From NCBI GenBank assembly GCA_022821585.1, contig JAJEDI010000091.1:49547-113546 (forward strand): a stretch of DNA of 64,000 nucleotides. The letters are read 5' to 3'. A model generated the notes under the pieces. The model worked only from the letters and a program-made list of their open reading frames with translations. It made no database searches and was not told the DNA's origin. The translations under genes were made by a program, and so were the position numbers. The stretch comes from Caldilineaceae bacterium. GTDB lineage: Bacteria > Chloroflexota > Anaerolineae > Caldilineales > Caldilineaceae. This document shows positions 57,438 to 64,000 of the stretch, piece by piece (position 1 is the stretch's first letter; each line of letters begins with the position of its first letter).

Positions 57438-57977
57438 TTACTCGGCTCGCTGCTCCAGCAGATAGGTCAAGAGATCAGCAAGATCCTGCTCGCTGAGATC
57501 TTCGGCGTACGTCTCGGGCATCACGTCGGATGTATAGCCGTCTACAATGTAGTCGTTGGGGTTAATAATACTTGTGTATAGGTAAAGTGCCGGCCCTGCG
57601 AGGCCCAACTGCTCCGCCCGACCCACCGCAGTGTCGGCGATTTCAAGCCACGTTGGAGCCACGTCTACCAGGCTGTTGTCCGTCACGTGGCAACCGATGC
57701 AGTTATGGGGGACTGTCAGGTCAAGGCCCCTATCGGCATCTCCCGGAATCAGCGCCACTATATTCTCAGGTAGCCCGGCCAGTATCACGTCATCACTGAG
57801 GCCGGCAATTCGCGGCCGCGGCGTCGGCGTTGGCGGCACGAATGTCTCCCCCTCTGCAAGAACCACCATGTTTGGCGAGATTAACTGCAGCCGCGGGTTC
57901 GGCGCACATGCGCTTACAACGATAAGAGCCAAAAGAAAACAGACAGTGGCAAGCAGAAAAGACTTACGACGTACCAT
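57438..57977 (-). CDS. monohaem c-type cytochrome lipoprotein
   Basis: 179 aa with signal peptide and lipobox (LALIVVSAC) and a single CIGCH haem motif. A downstream Met (DVMPET) is a candidate axial ligand. Confidence 0.7.
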   Translation of the reverse strand: MVRRKSFLLATVCFLLALIVVSACAPNPRLQLISPNMVVLAEGETFVPPTPTPRPRIAGLSDDVILAGLPENIVALIPGDADRGLDLTVPHNCIGCHVTDNSLVDVAPTWLEIADTAVGRAEQLGLAGPALYLYTSIINPNDYIVDGYTSDVMPETYAEDLSEQDLADLLTYLLEQRAE

Positions 57978-58216
57978 TCACTATCTCCATTAAGAGCTTA
58001 AGCGACTTGATCGCAATAGCAAATAGGAATGTCACGAAATTCAGCCGCTATTATATAACATGAATCGTTGCTTTACCGCATTCGTATTGCGCTTGAAACA
58101 GATTTCACGATTGGGATTTGGTGCGGGGGAGCAGGAGAATTCAAGTTGATGAGACAAAGCTGAACTGCGCACAGTACGTACCAGGCTAACATCTTTAGCC
58201 AGTCAAGGGGGAACTC

Positions 58217-58561
58217 ATGGAAGCAAAAATAGAAGAAAAGGAAGTCGCCGGCTGGCTTGAAGAAAATCTGCCCACATGGGAGCTGCGTGCGGACCAGTTA
58301 TACAGGCGTTTCGATACGGCCAACTGGCGGGTAACGCTGATGGCAGCAAACGCCATCGGTTTCCTGTCCGAAGCCGCCTACCACCATCCACGTCTGATTC
58401 TAAACTATCGCTCGGTCGAGGTATATTTGACAACGCATGATGCCGGCGGTGTGACCCAGAGGGACTTCGAGCTGGCTCTAAAGATAGAGGAAACGGTTCG
58501 CTGGCCTCGTAAGGAGGGGGACAGGCCTGGAAGCCGGCCCAGAGAGTGGCTGCGCCGTTGA
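58217..58561 (+). CDS. 4a-hydroxytetrahydrobiopterin (pterin-4-alpha-carbinolamine) dehydratase
   Basis: 114 aa. W.L....L.R.F.F..W....AF...I..LSEAAYHHPRLILNYRSVEVYLTTHD matches the PCD/DCoH signature, including HHP. Confidence 0.85.
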   Translation: MEAKIEEKEVAGWLEENLPTWELRADQLYRRFDTANWRVTLMAANAIGFLSEAAYHHPRLILNYRSVEVYLTTHDAGGVTQRDFELALKIEETVRWPRKEGDRPGSRPREWLRR

Positions 58562-58657
58562 ACAGTGGTGGATTGCTCGACAGACCGGGGCAGCCCGATT
58601 GGCCGGCAGGTAGCAAAACATTACACGGCTCGTGGGCAGGTCGGTCATTAATCTACA

Positions 58658-59428
58658 TCAGTTTCCACCGACCGCTTCCACAGGCGCACGCGCCTGAAAT
58701 GCCTGGAAAAGTACGATGCTTCCGGCTGTCGCAGCGTTCAGGCTGTCGACCGATCCAGCCATCGGGATTGTGACGCGGAAATCGCATTTCTCTCGCGCCA
58801 AGCGGCTTAGCCCCTTGCTTTCGTTCCCGATGACGATAGCCAACGCGCCGCTCAGGTCCGCACTTGTCAGGGAAATTGCGTCAGGTCCGAGGTCCAGTCC
58901 GACAGTCCAGATATTCGACTTCTTGAGGCGGTCAATCGTACGGTTGACGTTGCCCACCAAGGCAACCGGGATGTGCTCTACGGCCCCCGAGGAGGCGTTG
59001 CTTACGGCAGGCGTAATTCCCGCGGCACGGCGGTCCGGCAGAATGACGCCGTCCACGCCGAAGGCCTCACCACTGCGGAACAGGGTGCCCAAATTGCGCG
59101 GGTCCTCAAGATGGTCCAGCACCAGGAAAAGGGGGTCCGGTTTGCTGGCCGCCCTTTCGAGTATTTCTTCCAGATCCATATAGGGAAAGGAGCCCGTCTC
59201 GAGTGCAACGCCCTGCGGATTCAACTGGGCGCGTCGAATGCGATCGAAGATGCCGCCATCCACGTGCCGCGTAGGGATTTTGTTCTTCTTGGCCAGGTTT
59301 ACAATCTCTGCGAGGTTGCCCTTGGGGGCGGACTTGCCGTCTCCTTCCAACCACAAGCGGTAGTAGTTCCGCCTTCCTGCACGCAAAGACTCGAATACGG
59401 CGTGCTGGCCAACGAGCAGTTCGCTCAC
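58658..59428 (-). CDS. rlmB: TrmH/SpoU-family 23S rRNA 2'-O-ribose methyltransferase (RlmB-like)
   Basis: Within ORF 58658..59527. I prefer the GTG at 59428, which forms a GTGA overlap with the cysS stop. [42 protein letters not shown] and [15 protein letters not shown]. Confidence 0.8.
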   Translation of the reverse strand: MSELLVGQHAVFESLRAGRRNYYRLWLEGDGKSAPKGNLAEIVNLAKKNKIPTRHVDGGIFDRIRRAQLNPQGVALETGSFPYMDLEEILERAASKPDPLFLVLDHLEDPRNLGTLFRSGEAFGVDGVILPDRRAAGITPAVSNASSGAVEHIPVALVGNVNRTIDRLKKSNIWTVGLDLGPDAISLTSADLSGALAIVIGNESKGLSRLAREKCDFRVTIPMAGSVDSLNAATAGSIVLFQAFQARAPVEAVGGN

Positions 59429-60837
59429 CTGGCGTCCTCTATCCGCCAGGTTGTACCGTCCGGTGTGTCCTCCAACTGGACCGAGTGAGCCGCCAGCCCT
59501 TCTCGAACCAAATCTGCTACCGTCCACTGTTTCTGTTCGCGCAGTGTGGTGCGTATTGAGACCAGCAGGTCAATGAATGGCTTGGCCGCAAGAACGTCAC
59601 CGTCCCTGTCATCGGATTCGTCCAGCGACAGGCCCAGGACGCCGGTCAGCTCACGCAGCGTATCCTGTGCGGCTTGGAAGAACGGTCCGGATATCCCTGC
59701 CGCGCGTGCCGAGTTTATCGCCCTTACGAGTTCGAACAGGTGCGAAAGAGCCGCGCTTGTGTTGAAGTCATCGTCCATCGCCTGGCAGAAGCCGCTGCGA
59801 GCGGACTCTGTCGTTTCTCGCAGATTGTTGACTTCCTCGCCCACTGCAACGGTCCCTGTTGCCGGTCGCAGACCTCCACGTAGTCGGGCCGTGCTTCGCA
59901 CAGCTGCGCCAATTGACTCATCCGAATAGGTAACCGGCTTGCGATAGTGCCCGGAGAAGATCAGCATGCGCAGCGCATCGGCTGAGTACTGACTCAGAAA
60001 GCTGTCGATTGTCACGAGGTTTCCAATCGACTTGCTCATCTTTTCGCCGGACAGCTGAAGCATCCCATTGTGGACCCAGTAGCGGGCGAATGTTTTCCCA
60101 GTGAGACTTTCGCTCTGTGCAATCTCATTTTCGTGATGCGGGAAAATCAGATCGTTTCCGCCGCCGTGAATGTCGATCCTCTCCCCCAGATGGTGCAAGC
60201 ACATGACCGAACATTCGATGTGCCAACCCGGCCGGCCGGGGCCCCAGGGACTTTCCCAAGAGGGCTCGCCCTCCTTGGCCCCCTTCCATAGAGCGAAATC
60301 CGCCTCATTCTCTTTGCCTTCTTCACCGGCGACACGTGTGCCGGTTACAGCATCCTCCTGCCGGCGGCGGCTGAGCTTTCCATAATCGTCATCTCTGTCG
60401 ACTCGGAAGTAGACGCTGCCATCCACAGCGTATGCGAAGTCGCCCTCACCCAACTCCTCAATTGCGCGAATAATGTTTGAAATCTCGCTGGTCACGCGCG
60501 GGTAGGTGTCCGCCGGCTTGATATTCAGATCACTCAGATGGGTCAGATATTTGTCCGTGAAGTACTGTGCCAACTCAAAGGGATCCTGACCCGTCTCCTG
60601 GGCGCGGACAATGATTTTGTCATCCACATCGGTGAAGTTGGTGACGTAGGTCACTTCATGCCCGGTGAAATCCAGGTACCGGCGGATCATATCGAAGACG
60701 ATCGCACTCATCGCGTGGCCAATGTGGGCGTCTGCATAGACTGTCGGTCCGCAGACGTACATGCGCACACGACCTTCTTCCAAGGTCTCGAAGGGTTCCC
60801 GGCGGCGAGTCAGCGTATTGTAGATGTTGAGCGTCAT
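59425..60837 (-). CDS. cysS: cysteine--tRNA ligase
   Basis: 470 aa with HIGH motif (DAHIGHAMS), KMSKS motif ([10 protein letters not shown]) and GWHIECS. Confidence 0.95.
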   Translation of the reverse strand: MTLNIYNTLTRRREPFETLEEGRVRMYVCGPTVYADAHIGHAMSAIVFDMIRRYLDFTGHEVTYVTNFTDVDDKIIVRAQETGQDPFELAQYFTDKYLTHLSDLNIKPADTYPRVTSEISNIIRAIEELGEGDFAYAVDGSVYFRVDRDDDYGKLSRRRQEDAVTGTRVAGEEGKENEADFALWKGAKEGEPSWESPWGPGRPGWHIECSVMCLHHLGERIDIHGGGNDLIFPHHENEIAQSESLTGKTFARYWVHNGMLQLSGEKMSKSIGNLVTIDSFLSQYSADALRMLIFSGHYRKPVTYSDESIGAAVRSTARLRGGLRPATGTVAVGEEVNNLRETTESARSGFCQAMDDDFNTSAALSHLFELVRAINSARAAGISGPFFQAAQDTLRELTGVLGLSLDESDDRDGDVLAAKPFIDLLVSIRTTLREQKQWTVADLVREGLAAHSVQLEDTPDGTTWRIEDAR

Positions 60838-60887
60838 CGATGTTCCTGTCGTTTGCCCACCTAGGATTCATGTAGACTTCAACCTGA

Positions 60888-62021
60888 TCAGCGGACTGAC
60901 TCGTATGCTCTGCGGCGCTCCTGTACCTCCTCAGGAACGGCAAAAATGAGGCGTCCGGCATTGGTCTGCAACACCTTCGTGACACGCACGGAAAGCCGCG
61001 AGCCCATGTAGCGCCTGCCCTGTTCCACCACCACCATTGTCCCGTCATCGAGATAGCCGACCCCTTGATTCATCTCCTTCCCCTCCTGAATCACCTGAAT
61101 CGCCATCTCTTCCCCGGGAAGAACCACCGACTTGACGGCATTGGCCAGTTCGTTAATGTTCAAGACGCGAACGCCTTGCAGCTTGGCTACGCGGTTCAAA
61201 TTGTAGTCGTTGGTCACGATGGCTGCGCTCATCTCTCTGGCCAGAAAGACCAGTTTTTCGTCCACTTGCTGTGCATCTGCGGGGTCCTGGTCCAGGAAAA
61301 CGATATTCACACCATCGATCTTCTGCAGCCTGTCAAGAATCTCAAGTCCTCTCCGGCCGCGGTTACGTCGCAACACCTCAGCAGAATCGGCAATGTATTG
61401 AAGTTCATTGAGAATAAATCTAGGAACCGCCAGTACGGCCCAAAGAAAGCCGGTCTCGGCCACGTCGGCGATCCGTCCATCTATGATCACGCTGGTGTCG
61501 AGGAGCATCGTGTCCGAATGTCGGGGACCGCCGCCCTTTGCGAAGAGAGGCAGTTTCGGCAGATCTCTGCCGTTATCATTGCCGTTCGGAAATCTGAAGA
61601 AGGTAAGAATCTCCCGGTGGCGCAAAACCATCATGGTTACGCCCAAGTAACCCATTACTATGACGCCAACGAAGGGCAAGATTGTGCCGAATGGATTGGG
61701 AAGAAGAGAGAGAGGATAGGCCAGGAGCGCAGCTATGGCCAGACCGATTGCCATGCCCGCAGTCGCCGCCATGAGCTGGACTGTGGGAATCTGTCGCAAG
61801 CTCGAACGAAGCGCATTCGCAGGTTTGACGGTCAGCCACGGGGCGGCGAAAAGTCCGACAACGCCGCTGACAATTGAGAGAGGAATAATCAGGCGCGCTG
61901 AATTGAGCGTTAAACCCTCAAGAGCCTCCACACCCGTCAATTGCCTGCCCAGTTCCCATCCCAGCAGGACAAAAACAAAGGTGACCAGACTCCTTAGTAG
62001 CAACGCCCAACGCATATCCAA
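60888..62021 (-). CDS. membrane-anchored PIN and TRAM domain protein (YacL-like)
   Basis: 377 aa: four N-terminal TM helices, a PIN domain (MLLDTSVIIDGRI..IVTNDYNLNRVAKLQG), and a C-terminal TRAM-like beta barrel (GVGYLDDGTMVVVEQG..VRVTKVLQT). Confidence 0.8.
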   Translation of the reverse strand: MDMRWALLLRSLVTFVFVLLGWELGRQLTGVEALEGLTLNSARLIIPLSIVSGVVGLFAAPWLTVKPANALRSSLRQIPTVQLMAATAGMAIGLAIAALLAYPLSLLPNPFGTILPFVGVIVMGYLGVTMMVLRHREILTFFRFPNGNDNGRDLPKLPLFAKGGGPRHSDTMLLDTSVIIDGRIADVAETGFLWAVLAVPRFILNELQYIADSAEVLRRNRGRRGLEILDRLQKIDGVNIVFLDQDPADAQQVDEKLVFLAREMSAAIVTNDYNLNRVAKLQGVRVLNINELANAVKSVVLPGEEMAIQVIQEGKEMNQGVGYLDDGTMVVVEQGRRYMGSRLSVRVTKVLQTNAGRLIFAVPEEVQERRRAYESVR

Positions 62022-62209
62022 ACTCCCCTAACGAAAGAAATCGAAAATAACGCATTGAATTCATAATACAGCATCTGGAAACTGAGCGCAATGCCAGAAT
62101 TCTCTATCCGAAAATGAGTACGGTTGCGCGCACGGTTGGCGAAGCCAGAACCGGTTTCGCCGGACCGGGAAATCTTCTTCTCAAGGACTCCTTTCAGTGC
62201 GGTTCACTG

Positions 62210-63340
62210 CTACTGTAACGACTGGTACAGTGCCAGGACTTCGCGGGCATTGTGGTGGGCGGAGAATCGCTGGCTGTAACTTCGCGCGGCGCACCCCATT
62301 TCTTTTCTCAGATGCGCGTCCTGCACAATTTTCATTATGCGAAGTCCGAAGCTCAGGTCGTTATTGTCAGTCAGGAAGCCCGTCTCTTCGTCGACAATCA
62401 TGTCAGCCACGCCAGGAGAATCGATGCCGATTGAAGGCAAACCTGCGGCCGCGGCCTCGATAAAGGTCAGTGGATGTACCTCGCTCACGCTCGCCGAAAC
62501 GAAGAAGTCGGCTACGCCTAGGACACCTGCTATGCGTTCATATGAAATCGGTCCCGTAAACGTGACCCTCCCTTCCATTCCGGCACTACGAGCCAGCTGT
62601 CGACATTCGTCAAGGCTCGGTCCACCCCCGACAAGCAGAAGATGGAGGTCTGGAATCTCATCCTTCAGCGCTGCGAATATTCTCAACAGGCGGTTTACAG
62701 CTTTTTCCTGGCTGATTCTGCCCACGTAGACGCCCACCACCGCATTCTCAGGAATCCTCAGTTCGGACCTCTTGGCTTCCAGTTCCGGACTCTGAAACTG
62801 CCCCAATTCGATACCGTTGGGAATAACGGCGACGCGCCCCTGTATGCCCCAAGTCTGCATTACCGCCGCCGCGCTCTGGCTCGGCGCGATGACCGCGCTG
62901 CAGCGCTGGCTGAACCGTTGGAAAAATGCGTGTAAGGCCGTGTCTGAAAGAGTGTCAGGCACCAGAGGTAGATATTGCTGGACGTACAGGTCATACCGTG
63001 TATGGCTCGTAAAGACCAGCGGTATGTCGTAGCGCCGAGAAAATGTGAGACCGAAACTGCCGCTGATAAACGGATGGTGTACGTGTATCACGTCCATCAG
63101 TTTGAGGATGTCCCGGCAACGCGAATCAACTCGCACCGTCAAATGATAGCCTGTGTCCGCGATCGGGATGCTTGGGAGGCGAATGACGTTGCTCTCATCC
63201 ACCGTCTTCTTGTCCTGCTCCGGAACAAACAGATAGACCTGCTCACCCCAGCGGTCGAAATGCTCCTTCAGCAGTCCTACGTGATTCACCACACCGTTGA
63301 TATGGGGCTTGTAAATGTCGCTAAACAGGGCAATCCGCAT
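62210..63340 (-). CDS. family 4 glycosyltransferase (GT-B, glycolipid-synthase-like)
   Basis: Internal ATG of ORF 62210..63430. MRIALFSDIYKPHINGVV N-terminus and the E-x7-E region (FVSASVSEVHPLTFIEAAAAGLP). Confidence 0.8.
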   Translation of the reverse strand: MRIALFSDIYKPHINGVVNHVGLLKEHFDRWGEQVYLFVPEQDKKTVDESNVIRLPSIPIADTGYHLTVRVDSRCRDILKLMDVIHVHHPFISGSFGLTFSRRYDIPLVFTSHTRYDLYVQQYLPLVPDTLSDTALHAFFQRFSQRCSAVIAPSQSAAAVMQTWGIQGRVAVIPNGIELGQFQSPELEAKRSELRIPENAVVGVYVGRISQEKAVNRLLRIFAALKDEIPDLHLLLVGGGPSLDECRQLARSAGMEGRVTFTGPISYERIAGVLGVADFFVSASVSEVHPLTFIEAAAAGLPSIGIDSPGVADMIVDEETGFLTDNNDLSFGLRIMKIVQDAHLRKEMGCAARSYSQRFSAHHNAREVLALYQSLQ

Positions 63341-63631
63341 TCGTTCTACCTGACTCCTTCCCAGTATACCGGCGCCCGCCCAACAACGTAGGGCGGACCC
63401 CGGAACCCGGCAACCTCCTGCCGCCAACAAGCGGAACCTCTGCTACAGGTCGGCTGACAGCTATTCTCGTTCACATTTCTGAATACGTTGCAGGTAGGAG
63501 AACGTTGCAAATGTTCGTTTGACTGATGCCGTAATCGGACATTCATTTCGACACCGGACTGCCGGACTTTCAGGCTGTCGATCGTCCCGGGCTCCTTCTG
63601 TTGTTTTTTGTCCACACTCATCTCATCACTG

Positions 63632-64000
63632 TCAACTATGGACATTACTCCCTGCGAAATACCAGAAATAGAGCAGACGGAGTCCAACCACTACCGGTGT
63701 AGTAAATCCGAGCGCGGCCACTACGAAAACCAAGGCGACCCCGTCGCCAAAGACAGCGGCGCGCAAAGTAAAACCGATGGCGTTCCCAACAAGGACTGCC
63801 AGTACCGAATTCAGAGCAAATCGACGCAGCCCAATCCGGCCAGCCCGAGGATAAGCCCCAAAGGCGACTGCGGCTGCAATCCAACCGACCAGAAAGGGGG
63901 CGAGAATGCGGGGCGTATTGACCAGCCAGTCTCCCGGCCCGCCCGAACTGTGCATCATGCGCCCGCCGATGGCGAAAACCAGGAAGGAGAACAGGTCGAT
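63632..64000 (-). CDS. DUF3054-like membrane protein. The 5' end probably lies beyond the right edge.
   Basis: The ORF track lists 63632..63958, but the frame stays open to the window end (..IDLFSFLVFAIGGRMMHSSGG..). That stretch resembles the conserved DUF3054 N-terminal helix, and 4 TM segments follow. Confidence 0.5.
   Translation of the reverse strand: MDLFSFLVFAIGGRMMHSSGGPGDWLVNTPRILAPFLVGWIAAAVAFGAYPRAGRIGLRRFALNSVLAVLVGNAIGFTLRAAVFGDGVALVFVVAALGFTTPVVVGLRLLYFWYFAGSNVHS

Noticed and set aside
59429-59527. A longer rlmB-like ORF start at 59527 that overlaps cysS by 100 nt.
   Set aside because: The extra 33 residues are Gly/Arg-rich and not conserved-looking. The GTG at 59428 forms a classic GTGA stop-start overlap with cysS.

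Overview
This is a 64-kb, tightly packed chromosomal segment of roughly 57% GC. I found no rRNA, CRISPR array, transposase, integrase or phage genes. Gene content points to Chloroflexota or a related Terrabacteria lineage: lipoprotein-anchored solute-binding proteins with acidic linkers, a fused CrtYc/Yd cyclase, CruF plus a GT2 carotenoid-glycoside enzyme, and a CarH/LitR-type regulator divergent from crtB. That placement is inference only.

I call 58 protein-coding genes (two run off the window edges), one tRNA-Lys(CUU), and a few sigma70-like promoters and intrinsic terminators.

Main blocks, left to right:
1. A circularly permuted ATP-grasp / alpha-E / transglutaminase triad (1.9-5.4 kb).
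2. A long minus-strand operon (16.7 to 5.5 kb) encoding an Opp/Dpp-family ABC importer. A membrane-anchored multihaem c-type cytochrome gene interrupts it, and DUF4870, a GH4 glycosidase and NIPSNAP follow.
3. A carotenoid locus (17.3-25.8 kb). crtB is divergent from a MerR/B12-binding regulator operon that carries a fused lycopene cyclase, an unknown secreted protein, cruF, a plsY-type acyltransferase, a GT2 and an Sfp-type PPTase.
4. bcp, a lipase-like hydrolase, and a stand-alone trpF next to a beta-RFAP-synthase-like GHMP enzyme.
5. A CUT2 sugar ABC operon ending in an orphan 989-aa FtsX-type permease.
6. Housekeeping genes: rsmE, prmA, dnaJ, coaE, an ABC-F ATPase, rpmG, cysS, rlmB and a yacL-like gene.
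7. A Liv-type branched-chain amino acid importer.

The best candidates for undescribed biology are the cytochrome embedded in the importer operon, the unusual accessory genes and regulator architecture of the carotenoid locus, and the trpF / beta-RFAP-synthase-like pair.

All functional calls come from reading motifs in the translated ORFs; no database search was run. Coordinates of small sites may be off by 1-2 nt.
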